Part shown: in pieces, positions 1 to 11,484 of the stretch | Position numbering within the stretch: position 1 is the stretch's first letter | Layout: every line of letters begins with the position of its first letter | Made by a program: the position numbers and the translations under genes | Notes under the pieces: generated by a model | What the model was told of the DNA's origin: nothing | Databases searched by the model: none | Seen by the model: only the letters and a program-made list of their open reading frames with translations | Assembly (NCBI GenBank): GCA_002269645.1 | Contig: NIVC01001236.1 | Coordinates: forward strand, 15,494 to 79,493 | Direction: 5' to 3' | Length of the DNA: 64,000 nucleotides | Origin: Macrostomum lignano | Taxonomy: Eukaryota

Positions 1-1100
1 TTGAGCATGATGGTGCCCAGGGTGTTGTCCGCCCGCACGATCAACTGCGCCCGGCTGCCGCCCTCCGCCTCCGCCGGCTTGACGTGCACGCAGCCGACGC
101 CCTTCTCCTTCCACTGTTTGGCCTCGCCGGCGGCCATATAGAACAGCTTGCACTTCTGGCTGAACACGGCGCCGTCCTCGCGAATCTCCCGCGTCTCCGG
201 CTTCGGCGGCTCGTATTCTTCGTCTTCCTGCTCCTCCTGGGAGCTCGAGGCAGCCGCGGCGGAGGCGGCGGCGAAACCGCCAGGCCCGAACAGGGACAGG
301 CCACCAGGTGGCTGTTGCGGCAGCGCCGCCCCCGGCCCTGAGTTGAATTTGAATCCTGTGAACCCACTCGACGCTGTCGTCAAGCCAGTCGTTGACGTTG
401 CCGACGTCGCCGTCGTTGTCGTTGTTGAAGTCGACGAAGCCGTCGTTGACTTGGCTGACGCGCCAAAAAAGAATGTTGCCGTTGTGGCCGCACCGTCAGT
501 CGCCGGCTTCTGCGGCTGCTGCGAGTTGAAGCTAAACGTGGCAGGCATCGCAGGCGCCATCGTGGTGGCCGTGGTGGCAGCAGTCGTCGGTGCCGATGCC
601 GCGGTGGACGTAGTCGCGGCGGAGAAGTTGAACTTTGCCGGACTTGTCGACGCCTTCAAAGGCGCTGCCAGCGTTGTTGAAGTCGTCGTCGGAGTCGCCG
701 CCGCAGCGGCCGCCGTTCCAGTCGACGAATTTGCAGTTGCCGACGACTCCACGTACGGGTGCCGGCGCTCGATGTCGGCCAGGTGGCGCTCGTAGTCGCG
801 GAACACGGGCGTGAGAACGCAGTAGGGGCTGTCAGCCACGTGACTCTGAATCCAGCGCAGCACGGACTGGTTCAGCGCCTTCAGCTGGGCCAGGTGGGCG
901 GCATTCGGATCGGCGGCGGGCGTTGCCGATTTCGCCGTTGTTGTCGTCGACGAGGCCGCCAGCGAATCGGTGGTGGTGGCGGCGGTGGCGTTGGCCGAGA
1001 AGTTGAAAGCCAAAGAGGGGGCTGTCGTGGCCGACGCGGCCTGGGCACCGAAGCCGGTGAAGCCAGTGAACGACTTGAAGAGCCCGCCAGTGCCTTTGCC
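1..1100 (-). CDS. NUP50: Nucleoporin Nup50, coding exon 3 (runs off the window start)
   Basis: Phase-0 acceptor (ccggcag|GGC) at 1100. Open frame GKGTGGLFKSFTGFTGFG...LKALNQSVLRWIQSHVADSPYCVLTPVFRDYERHLADIE (Nup50 conserved helical block), Phe-rich low-complexity segments, then a Ran-binding domain EEYEPPKPETREIREDGAVFSQKCKLFY...WKEKGVG...QLIVRADNTLGTIML. This frame is absent from the ORF track. Confidence 0.93.
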
Positions 1101-1258
1101 CTGCCGGGTCAGAGAAGAGTTTTGCTGTATAACTGTGAGCATGGTTTGTCCGCAACATGGGCCGTTCAGACTCACCATATTAACTGCATATTCCCTGGGC
1201 ATTTGAATTTCAAGCTGTTTCTCGCTCTCATGGGCTTAAAACTAATATCCAACTATTC

Positions 1259-2012
1259 CAATCCCAGCCTTCACAGCCCCGATCTTTACAATCCTAATCT
1301 TCACAGTCCCAATCTTCACAGTCCCCAAGCTTCACAGTCCCCAATCTTCACAGTCCCCAATCTTCACAGTCCCCAAGCTTCACAATCCCAGCCTTCACAG
1401 TCCCGATCTTCACAATCCCCAATCTTCACAGTCCCGATCTTCACAGTCCCAATCTTCACAATCCCCAAGCTTCACAGTCCCTAATCTTCACAATCCTGAT
1501 CTTCACAATCCCCAATCTTCACAGTCCCGATCTTCACAGTCCCAATCTTCACAATCCCCAAGCTTCACAGTCCCCAATCTTCACAATCCCGATCTTCACA
1601 ATCCCCAATCTTCACAGTCCCGATCTTCACAGTCCCAATCTTCACAATCCTGATCTTCACTATCCCCAATCTTCACAGTCCCGATCTTCACAGTCCCAAT
1701 CTTCACAATCCCGATCTTCACAATCCCCAATCTTCACAGTCCCGATCTTCACAGTCCCAATCTTCACAATCCCCAAGCTTCACAGTCCCCAATCTTCACA
1801 ATCCCCAAGCTTCACAGTCCCCAATCTTCACAATCCCCAAGCTTCACATTCCCCAATCTTCACAATCCCCAATCTTCACAATCCCCAATCTTCACAATCC
1901 CGAACTTTCACAATTCCCAACCTTCACAATCCCCAACCTTCACAATCCCGAACTTTCACAATCCCCAACCTTCATAATTCTTAACCTTTACAATACCCAA
2001 ACTTCACAATTC
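1259..2012. repeat. ~14-16-bp minisatellite (AATCTTCACAGTCCC-like) in Nup50 intron 2
   Basis: Directly visible tandem array, degenerate at both ends. Confidence 0.95.
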
Positions 2013-2070
2013 CTTACCATAAATAATGTAGAAAAGAACAGACAAAATAATTGAGTCAAACAGCTCTCAC

Positions 2071-2154
2071 CTCACTATCGTGAGCTCGCCGCTTAGCAAC
2101 TCGAATTTCGCGACCCTTCAGCACATCCTGCGACGCGGTCTTGAAACGGCCAGC
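2071..2154 (-). CDS. NUP50: Nup50 coding exon 2
   Basis: 84 nt, ag|...|gtgaga, phase 0/0. Encodes AGRFKTASQDVLKGREIRVAKRRAHDSE, matching the Nup50 N-terminal importin-alpha-binding segment. Confidence 0.9.
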
Positions 2155-2269
2155 CTAGGTTAGTGAGAATTAGTTGGAAACAGTTGGAATATGTTTTCTT
2201 AGATAGACACAAGAATTGTAAATCTCATTAATAATGATAATTATCATATTCGCATATTCGCAGGAGCTT

Positions 2270-2755
2270 GAGGGAGAGTGGAGGGTGGTTGGAGAGAGGC
2301 AGAGAGGGAGAGTGGAGAGAGGCGGGGAGGGAGAGAGGGAGAGTGGAGAGGCAGGGAGGGAGTGGATAGGGGCAGAGAAGGAGAGAGGCAGAGGGAGTGA
2401 AAAGGGGCAGAGAGGGAGAGGGAGTGGATAGGGGCAGAAAGGCAGAGGGAGTGGATAGGGGCAGAGAGGGAGAGTGGAGAGAGGCAGAGGGAGTGGATAG
2501 GGGCAGAGAGGGAGAGTGGAGAGAGGCAGAGGGAGTGGATAGGGGCAGAGAGGGAGAGGGAGTGGATAGGGGCAGAGAGGGAGAGTGGAGAGAGGCAGAG
2601 GGAGTTGATAGGGGCAGAGAGGGAGAGGGAGTGGTTAGGGGCAGAGAGGGAGAGTGGAGAGAGGCAGAGGCAGAGTGGATAGGGGCAGAGAGGGAGAGTG
2701 GAGAGAGGCAGAGGCAGAGTGGATAGGGGCAGAGAGGGAGAGTGGAGAGAGGGTT
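2270..2755. repeat. Purine-rich GA minisatellite (~42-bp higher unit) in Nup50 intron 1
   Basis: Repeated GAGGGAGAGTGGAGAGAGGCAGAGGGAGTGGATAGGGGCAGA. Confidence 0.9.
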
Positions 2756-2899
2756 AGGCCCTCATGGGTGGCAACCCCGGCCAATCTCCGCGCACAAGCC
2801 CCAATGAATTCGGTCGCGCATGGAATCAAACCAAGGGTGGTGGCGCGAGAATCAAATGCGTTCACCGCTGAGCAGATCTGTCCCAATTAGCCAACTCAC

Positions 2900-2968
2900 A
2901 TCTTCCTTCTCGTCCTCCTGATCCCAGTTTTCGTGATTCAATTCCGATGTTGGGTTTCTCTTGGACAT
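2900..2968 (-). CDS. NUP50: Nup50 coding exon 1
   Basis: ATG at 2968, MSKRNPTSELNHENWDQEDEKED then a gtgagt donor. Matches the Nup50 N-terminus (MAKR..LT..NWDQE). Confidence 0.9.
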
Positions 2969-3604
2969 TGCGCGGGCAAGAGTGTACCAAGTCCAGGTGA
3001 TGAGAGCATGAAAGAGTCGAGAGATCAGGTCGAAATTGCAACTTCTTAGACCTCATCACTTAATGAGCCATAAATCAGCAATAGAATGACATAGAGAAGC
3101 TATTCAACATTCAACAGTAGCATTGGATATTGCTCTTAAAGTTGATTTCTAATTAGAGCAATTTCAATGTGGCAGTAAAAAGTTATATGTAAATGATTAT
3201 TATCCCAACAAATGGCCCTTGTATCATACCAGCTACCATTGGCCATGTACTAGAATGATAACAAAATAAATATTTAAATGGTTCTTTTATCATTAAAATA
3301 TCCCAGTCTGATCAATGCTTCTTAGATGATAAATACATGTATTTTTATCCATTATTCCAACTTTTAAACTAAGCATCTAAGGTAAGCTTGATTTTTTAAT
3401 ATACTTGTTCTTTCCATGCTAGTACATAGGTATTTAATATTTATTACCTTAGAAATAAAATAATTGTTATATTGACTTTCAATTAAAAAGCTTGAAACTT
3501 TTTATTCATACATGCCCAACCTCAAAATTTCACCTATCTGGTGCAACTTAGTTTTGTCCAGATTTGCAACTTAGTTTCTCCGGATTGCAACTTAATTTTC
3601 ATTT

Positions 3605-3725
3605 TGTATATGACTTTTCTTGCCTTTTTCTCTTTTCTTCTCTTCTCTTTCTCTCTCCTCTTTTTCTTCTCTCTCTTCTCCCTCTTTTCTTTTCCTTTTT
3701 TCTTCCTCTCCTTTCTTTCTTCTCC
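3605..3725. repeat. CT-rich low-complexity tract
   Basis: Near-pure pyrimidine run on the + strand. Confidence 0.85.
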
Positions 3726-5734
3726 CAATTTTTGTTTTTCACATTTTTGACTTTGCAACTTACCTTGTCCATTTTGGACAGGTCAAATGGGTGTTGGGCA
3801 TGTATATATTTATTATTGACTTTGTACACTAAATAGAACTTGGACTATTTATTGTTACATCAAATTAGATGGAATAATATTTAATTAATGCATTTTTGTT
3901 ATAATACTTTATAAAAGTTTTGCAATTTAATCATGTATACAAATTATATAATCTCCAAAGGTTTATAGCACTTAAACCTTGTATGAAGTTTATGGTAGCA
4001 TTAAAGACTTAAACATTCTTATGTCTTATTTATATACACTTGCATTGGTACCACAAGTTTTAGATGGAAAAAAAGCCTTTCTGATAGCCCATAGCCTAAG
4101 AAAGTCTCTGATAACAATGACCAAAGAACCAGTTGCAATTGCCATTGATCTACTTGACTTGACTTGATCTATTTTAGGATTTACAAATCACTATGGACAT
4201 TAGATGTGCTAGCAATTAATGTTGGCCTTGGATTGGTAATGGTCAATATAATTTTATAATCACCTAAGATAAGAAGCTTTGTGACCCTGAATATCCCACA
4301 TCCTAATAAACACTTACTTAGAAATAAAGTCTGGTCAATATGGTTTTGTTAGTTCAATTGATGTTAGGCCTTAGCTAAAGAGCCATCAGTGCCAATGTAA
4401 AGATATCACTAATGAAGACATTCTATCATTTTGATATCAAAATAGTGCAGCAATGCAATGGATTATAATTGATTATAAAAAGACAACAAATAGAAACATA
4501 AAATCTAAGTTACAATTTAAAACCTAATCTTTTTTCATTTCTTTATTCATTTTTTCATTTACTACATATAAGTTTTTTATATTTGAAAACAGAATATATA
4601 GTCATAGAAATAAAATGCAAGATAAATAGAATCTGAGCTAGTGTTTTTTCAACTCCTAAATATGCTAATAACCTATTGTGTCCAGGCCTAAAATGTAATG
4701 ATCATCTAATCCTGATAGACTGCTATACAACTTATCAACTCAATAGAAAGTAGTCCTACAAGTTACAACCTCAACCACCCAGACCCATCACAATACAATA
4801 TAATGAGTGGATAACAAAGTGGTAAGATGACAGTATCTAAGAACCCAATTAGGCATCATATTTTGATTTAAAGACATTAGAATAGTTACTCGTAAATCAA
4901 TGCATTTATTTCCTATAGATTATAGATTAATTTCCTAGGATATACGCTGGCAATGTTGCAGTTTGTTTAGTAGTAGTAGTAGTAGTAAATTTGGCTCAGG
5001 CTTAACGAGCCTGTTATATTGCCAGTATGATTCGATTTATTGTTTCGCGTAATTATTTTTACTTTTGAATACGCGCCAACATGTCACGGAGGCCATAGAG
5101 GCTTTTCATATTACCAATTCCAGAATCAGAATTCGGTTCGGATCTTCCAAGAAAAACAGCAGTATAACTAATTAATTCTGTTGAATGTTTGACTGCCTTA
5201 ACAACCTTACTTAGCACAATTTTTCACTTTCTTCTTGGCGATTGTCATTCAATAATAAAAACTTTATAGCACGTATCTCCCTCTAGTTATGGAGACAAAA
5301 AGTTATACTTCACAAATTGGTTCTTGTTCTGGAACCAGAACAAGCAATATGAAAAGGCCCATAGACACTTTCGGGCAAGTTTTAGTGAGGGGCGAAGGCC
5401 TAACTACCTAACTAGTAGGTCCACCATGTACAATCAGTAGCCAGCTACGTGACGTGATCATGATGTAGATCTAGTATATATCTATTATCTAGTGCTTCAT
5501 GTGCAGTGGGTAACAATCTGCAAGACCCTGGGGCTGATCCAAATATATTACAATAGACCTTATTAAATACTCGTACGTAAGCTAATACCAATAATCGCGT
5601 TCTAATTCACTTCGACCTATAATTGTAATAATTGATCACACGTGCCCCAATTGGGCCAGATGTGCAGCCGACAGCTCAGCCGCAGCTATTGCGCGGTGCA
5701 TCTGATAAAGCTGCGACGTACATGTACATGTAAG

Positions 5735-5943
5735 GCTGTTTAGTCCAAGGACTGGGGGGGTCACCACACACCCTCAATTTATACCCTAGCTAATGCTGGT
5801 ACCCATTTTACAGCTGGGTGAACTGAAGTAATAGAGTTAAGTGGTCTTGCTCAAGGACACAAATTGTTCCAGTGGGATCGGGAAATCGAACCCCCGACCT
5901 TCCAGTCGTGAGGCCGACGCTCTAACCACTAGGCTACAACCCC
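5735..5943 (-). mobile_element. tRNA-derived SINE (CORE-like body), copy 1
   Basis: Minus strand has an A-box (TAGCCTAGTGG) and B-box (GGTTCGATTTCC), then tgtgtccttgagcaagaccacttaac...cagctgtaaaatggg, resembling the MIR/CORE domain. Homologous copy at ~43510. Confidence 0.8.
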
Positions 5944-7706
5944 CTCTTCGACCCCTTCAACCAACCCCCTCAACCAACTTCGACCTAAACTTAACTAAAA
6001 TGATTAGGACTATTCTAACTAAATGAATCCTCCGTGCGATCCTTTTTTCAAACCAAAAAAAGCAAATTTCTTAAAATTCGTTAAAATAATAAAAAATAGT
6101 CAACGATTCGTGCTTTTGCAATTGATAAATTTCAAAGTATTTTACGAGCGAATTCTCGTATCTTATATTCTTAGATTTACAAACTACGTCGCTATATGAA
6201 TCTCTCGACATGACGCTCATATGTGAAGATTATTATGTGAGACTACAAAACTATACAGCATAATTTGATGTGAGTAAGAAAAATTGAGGTAAAGAAGATA
6301 ACATCACAGGCCGGGCGAGCTATATTAGTGGGTGAACTGAGCTTTATAATGGTCTTGACTCCCTGCTTAAAAAAGTCATTGTCTCGAGCTCAGAACTACG
6401 AAATCGGGGATGATGAAATCGGGACGATGAAAATGCTCATCTTGCTCGCGCATTCTAGCTTTTAAGCTAGTATAGCTGTAGCCATACGAGCTACATCAGT
6501 CAATGCTTTCATTTATTCTTGTCCTAAGTGCACAGCCACCACCAGCACTCGATGGACTCGATGGCCACCAGTACTCGAGGGCCACTCGTCGGTGCTCTTG
6601 AAGTCCCAAAGCTTTCCAGAGTGTTGCTCATGTAGACCAGTTCTAGCGTTGGAACATTGAGAACAACAGTGCGACAGATAAACTGGCGTAGCAGAGCGTT
6701 TTGATCCGCCTCTTCAATTGGCTTCAGCCCACTGGCACAGCGCCGCAACAATGCCATCATCGTTGTTAGGGAGAGCAAGTTCGCAAAGGATCCAACCAAA
6801 TACCTGAACGCACAGAAAAGTAACTGAAAAATTCATGCCAGGAGAGAATTTCTTGAATGAAACTGATAGACAAACCCGGTGGTTGACAGAGCATCTTCGT
6901 CTCGAACTACATCGCTTTAATGTCAGAAACAAGCTGCTCTGGTGCAAGAAGCATGATCATTAGGAACACATCACCGACGACCTTAGTCGAAGGCTATAAT
7001 CAAGATTAATTGAATGATGCCTGTTCGATGACCCAACAAAGACAATCTGAGCCACTGGGCCACGATGAGGATGAAACCCTGTTCTTCTCAGGGTGGAAAG
7101 CCTACACGGACTGCAACTGCTTGATGGAGATGAAATGTAACCAGCTGATATTTGTGTTGTGGCAAGTATTTACGACCGATTCCGAAATATAGTTAAAAAG
7201 TATTTGAAAGATACTGTGTGCAAGTAAGAACCACTCAAGTATTGATAGAATGATTGTCCTTCTACCTGAGTAGTCATTGTGTGCAAGTCACATACCCACA
7301 GAAAATTGAGGTTCTCAGGACCCTGGCTGGCTTTGCACCACCGCAGATTCCGCGCAGCTAGGGATTGAGAAAAGAAGACAAACTCATTCCTACCTTGTTG
7401 TGGCTATGTTAGAAATCTACCGTGTGGAATCGAAAATTTTTTAGGAACAACTGTCAACGCCAACTGAACTCAGCTTTACTAAACCAAGCGCGAGGAGTTG
7501 CAGAAGTTCAAGAAATAATTAAAGCAAGCAAGCAATATTGAGACTTAGCTTTTGCGCAGGAAAAGTGCTGCTGTATCTAAAAAGTGTGTATTTTAAGCGG
7601 GAAACTTTTCATTGTCTCTTGCTCAGTTTTTTCCTCCGGCAACTTGTCTATAAAAATTTGAAAAATAACAACTTTTTGCGGCATGTACCTGTATTTATGG
7701 CTTCGC

Positions 7707-7712
7707 TTTAAT
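7707..7712 (-). terminator. Candidate polyadenylation signal ATTAAA of the peptide gene
   Basis: ATTAAA ~180 nt downstream of the stop codon on the minus strand. Confidence 0.35.
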
Positions 7713-7890
7713 CGTTGTGTTTCCTAATTTCGCATACTATATAGTTTAACCTGTTATGTGTGCAGAAAAATTGAAATCTAACATTGTGCAACTTTTTTTC
7801 TTCGCATTTTTGTTTTGCAAAGTGCAACGGTGCGAAAATTGTTTGTCTTTCTTGTCCATAGAGAAGCGCTCAAAGCGCTCTGGCTCGCAC

Positions 7891-8024
7891 TCAGGCCGGA
7901 GCCGGTTTGGTGCACACGCAATAGCAGACGCTCGTCTTCGGATTGAAGTAGCCGATGCACTGGCGCTCCGGCCCGAAGTGCACCTTGCATCGGTAGCTGC
8001 AGAACGGCACGAAAGCTTGGTGCG
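7891..8024 (-). CDS. Secreted six-cysteine defensin-like prepro-peptide, exon 2
   Basis: Acceptor ttctgttccag|CG, phase 1. Encodes (T)HQAFVPFCSYRCKVHFGPERQCIGYFNPKTSVCYCVCTKPAPA-stop. Confidence 0.8.
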
Positions 8025-8103
8025 CTGGAACAGAAAGTGAACCGGGGATCAGAAAAAAGTTCTGCTGTTTTGTTCCTAAAAGCATTACGAGCTGTCAACT
8101 CAC

Positions 8104-8230
8104 TGTCCATGCGAATTCGCTTGACCTCCGTTCGGGACAGCTCCATCGGGCTGGGGCGCCGCAGCGCCTGGCCAGCGGAAATCAGCCAACCGAGCAGGAA
8201 GATGATCACAGCAGCTTTGCTAGCAGACAT
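8104..8230 (-). CDS. Secreted six-cysteine defensin-like prepro-peptide, exon 1 (signal peptide and pro-segment)
   Basis: ATG at 8230, MSASKAAVIIFLLGWLISAGQALRRPSPMELSRTEVKRIRMD, then A|gtgagt donor. The 79-nt intron joins in frame to exon 2, giving 86 aa. Confidence 0.8.
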
Positions 8231-8326
8231 GGCCAGAGCTTTTGGAGTTTTGGAAGCTTTTGTATCAACATGCAGAAGGGAGACTTGGGAGATTGCTGCT
8301 TCAAAACAGACGGCCCAATGTTTTCT

Positions 8327-8334
8327 CTTTTATA
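8327..8334 (-). promoter_or_regulatory. TATA box of the cysteine-rich peptide gene
   Basis: TATAAAAG on the minus strand ~100 nt upstream of the ATG. Confidence 0.55.
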
Positions 8335-9555
8335 CACAAGAACGCTTGTGTCTGTCGGTTGTCAGCCGATGCCAGCTTAGATCTATATCCATGCGCTGAG
8401 CAGCTGAGTCACGCGCGAGCTCGGGCGGGTGACACTAAGCATGTCGCTTCTCAGAATTCAGTGACAAGCCAGCAATCAGTGGCAAGTATTTTCAGCGAAG
8501 ATTAGAAACTTCTGGAAGCTTTGCAGCTGTATTCTCGGTCTTCTATTTGTGTCATTGTCACCGCGGGGATGACTGCGGATCGCGGATCGCTGTCAAAACT
8601 GTCATCGCAGGTTTTTCTCCGCGGATCGCGCCTGAACAGCCGTCAGAGAAGTTTATCGACAGATGTGCGGATATTTATTTGAAATTTTATCTTCTTTTGC
8701 GTTTGCATGATGTTCCCGCATCTACCTGAATTTCTGAGGTATCTGTTTCTTCCATTCGGTGATGTAGGACAGCCGATCCAGGGTACTGTTTGGCAACATT
8801 TTGTACTTAGCTCGCAAGTTACACATCCCCTTCATCACGAATTGAAAGTTTGAAATAAGTTATAGATAAAACTTTTAAGCATTTTATAAGCTGAATTTAG
8901 TGGTTAATGAACCACCGTGGTTAATCAAGCAGTAACAACAATCATGTATTTTATATAGGTCGATTAACTCGACAAAGCAGCATTTCAAATAATTGAAGCA
9001 CAGTGAATGCACAATGCCACAGTCGGATAAAGAAGCTTTGAAACACAAAATTTAATGCCTACTGGTCTATGCACGACACCTATATGTTTAATTTGTGTGG
9101 GCCATGTACAAGAATATAACAAAAGAGAAATTCTATGCGCAGAATACAGTCTGCAGTTCGTCCATACAACAAGTGAAATTCATAGCCAATATTTAAAGTG
9201 GTGTAAACAAAGATTTCGAATGCTATTAGCAACTTCGAATAAAATCTCGTGCGGATGCGCTTGAAAAAGCTCGACTGTGGACTTTTGTTAGCAGACCTTC
9301 GCGGGCCAAGCGTGCATCTCGCTAAAGCAATAATAACAACTGCATCGACAAAGAGAAATTAAGCAAGGTCCTCCAGGATTTTAAGTAATTTACAATCTAC
9401 TATTGCTGTGTAACAGAGATTCTGCAGCGAAATGGCACTCTGATCTCATTTACCAACTCCCCCTGGTGGCCGCGGAAAAGTGACAGCTTGGAAATCTACA
9501 AGTAGCCTCCGACTGCGAATCGTCACGAGTTCCCCAGAGCCTCACGTCTCTCAGT

Positions 9556-9656
9556 TCAGTGTCGCTTCGGCTGAGCAAAGAGCACTCCGTGGTACATGAG
9601 TCCATTGATCTCCATGGAGATCACTACGGAGGAGTCTGGCAGGCCCAGATGACCGC
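9556..9656 (-). CDS. ARID3: ARID3/dead ringer last coding exon (REKLES-beta)
   Basis: tttcag| acceptor, phase 1. GHLGLPDSSVVISMEINGLMYHGVLFAQPKRH-stop contains the ARID3 REKLES motif. Confidence 0.93.
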
Positions 9657-9944
9657 CTGAAAGCAAAATAAAAAAGTCAGGCATATAAATTTTGATTAAA
9701 ATTTTCCAAATGAAAATCTGGAAACAAACAATAAAAAATTTTGAACACAACTTTTTTGAAGCAGCGAAAGCCACGCCACGCTAAGCCAAGCTAAACCTCT
9801 GATCTCAAAGTCACAAAGTCCACCTCAGTCCACCATCGGACTGACCTTTTTCTTGAGAACTCCACACTGTAACGTGACAAATGAAACTCAACGAGCGTAA
9901 CAGTCAGACACGCACTGAGCAGCTCAGTAGTAACAGGTACTCAC

Positions 9945-10484
9945 CGTGGTGACCCGCGATTCGAATCCCACCGCCAGCGGAGGGCAGCGGCAGGCCCGGA
10001 AATGGCGGAAGTCCGGCCGGAAACGGGAACTGAACGCCACCGCCACCGCTAGCGCCGCCGCCACCACCACCACCACCGCCACCGCCGCTGTTTCCAACGC
10101 CAGCTGTAATCGGCGGAGGCGGACTGCGAGTGTCGCCGGCGGAGCTGCTGCCACTGCCGTTGGCAGTTGGTCGCTTCGGGGGCGGAGGCTGATGATCAGC
10201 CACGCCTCCGGGAACGAAGGACGCCACTCCGGCTGTGTCGCTTCCGCTGGATGACCGCTTCAGCGAGCCGCCACCGCCAGCGCCGTTTCCTGAATCTCCA
10301 TTGAAACCCTTGTTAGCTGCGGCAGCGACGGCCGCGGAGCTGAGATCTTTGGGAGATGCGTCGGACAGGTTCTGGGGATGGAGAGCGTGGTGATGATGAG
10401 GATGCGGCTGGTGATGCTGGTGATGCCGCTCGTCTCCAGGAGTGGCGCGAAGCACCGGCGGAGTGAGGCAGGCGAAGTCGCGGT
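9945..10484 (-). CDS. ARID3: ARID3/dead ringer coding exon 5 (His/Gly/Pro-rich)
   Basis: 540 nt, tttcag| acceptor and |gtgagt donor, phases 1/1 compatible with neighbouring exons. Confidence 0.85.
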
Positions 10485-10611
10485 CTGAAAGAGGGTGAAT
10501 TCAGAATTTATCAATGGTTAACCTTCAGAAATAAAATATGGTAAAATGATGAAAACTTGCTAACTACTCTACTCCCTAGTAGTAGGCCAAGAGAATTATT
10601 CTTAGCCTCAC

Positions 10612-10811
10612 CTGACATGGCCTTGCCGGTGAGCATTGAACTGTGATAGGTGAGCAGCGGCGGCAGGCCGCCTGGGTTCGGGCTGCACTCGAAGGCGGGG
10701 TAGTTCGGCCGCCTGCCCTCCCGCCTGTTGCCGTCGATGGCCGCTTGAAGCTCGCCCGGGCTGCTCAGCTTCAGCTTCTCGCACTCGTACGGGTACAGGT
10801 ATTTCATGTAC
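10612..10811 (-). CDS. ARID3: ARID3/dead ringer coding exon 4 (ARID C-terminus, extended ARID)
   Basis: YMKYLYPYECEKLKLSSPGELQAAIDGNRREGRR. 200 nt, phases 2/1. Confidence 0.95.
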
Positions 10812-10884
10812 CTGCGAGGAGATGGGCAACAGATGAGCTGGTTACGAATTTTCAACTGTTAGTGCCGTATCACCGTGCTACATT

Positions 10885-11271
10885 AAGATAGCATCATCAA
10901 GCTACTCTCAAGATAGCATCATCAAGCTACTCTCAAGATAGCATCATCAAGCTACTCTCAAGATAGCATCATCAAGCTACTCTCAAGATAGCATCATCAA
11001 GCTACTCTCAAGATAGCATCATCAAGCTACTCTCAAGATAGCATCATCAAGCTACTCTCAAGATAGCATCATCAAGCTACTCTCAAGATAGCATCATCAA
11101 GCTACTCTCAAGATAGCATCATCAAGCTACTCTCAAGATAGCATCATCACGCTACTCTCAAGATAGCATCATCAAGCTACTCTCAAGATAGCATCATCAA
11201 GCTACTCTCAAGATAGCATCATCAAGCTACTCTCAAGATAGCATCATCAAGCTACTCTCAAGATAGCATCA
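10885..11271. repeat. 25-bp minisatellite AAGATAGCATCATCAAGCTACTCTC (~15 copies) in ARID3 intron
   Basis: Near-perfect tandem array with one visible variant near 11150. Confidence 0.97.
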
Positions 11272-11300
11272 CAGCAACAAGAAAGCACTGATCAACTCAC

Positions 11301-11484
11301 TGAGTCCTCAGTGTGAAAGCGGCGCTGGTGATGGATGACGGCAGGTTGAGACCCTTGGTGATCTCTCGCCAGAGCTTCTTGTTAATGACTTCAACGAGGC
11401 CACCTTTGCTCACTACGAGACGGAAGAGCTCGTAAAGATCCAGGACCTGCTTAGCCATGATGGGGATTCTGTTCACCGGCGTGC
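11301..11484 (-). CDS. ARID3: ARID3/dead ringer coding exon 3 (ARID core)
   Basis: GTPVNRIPIMAKQVLDLYELFRLVVSKGGLVEVINKKLWREITKGLNLPSSITSAAFTLRTQ. 184 nt, canonical splice sites. Confidence 0.97.

Noticed and set aside
148-1484. Plus-strand ORFs of 215 and 241 aa
   Set aside because: Antisense shadows of the GC-rich Nup50 exon.
2757-2890. Possible intronic snoRNA/snRNA in Nup50 intron 1
   Set aside because: No recognisable C/D, H/ACA or Sm motifs in a convincing arrangement; more likely promoter-proximal sequence.
6524-6947. Exon-like minus-strand ORFs with faint RecA/RAD51-paralog or BACK-domain resemblance
   Set aside because: The resemblances fall in mutually exclusive overlapping frames, with no Walker A motif and no consistent exon chain.
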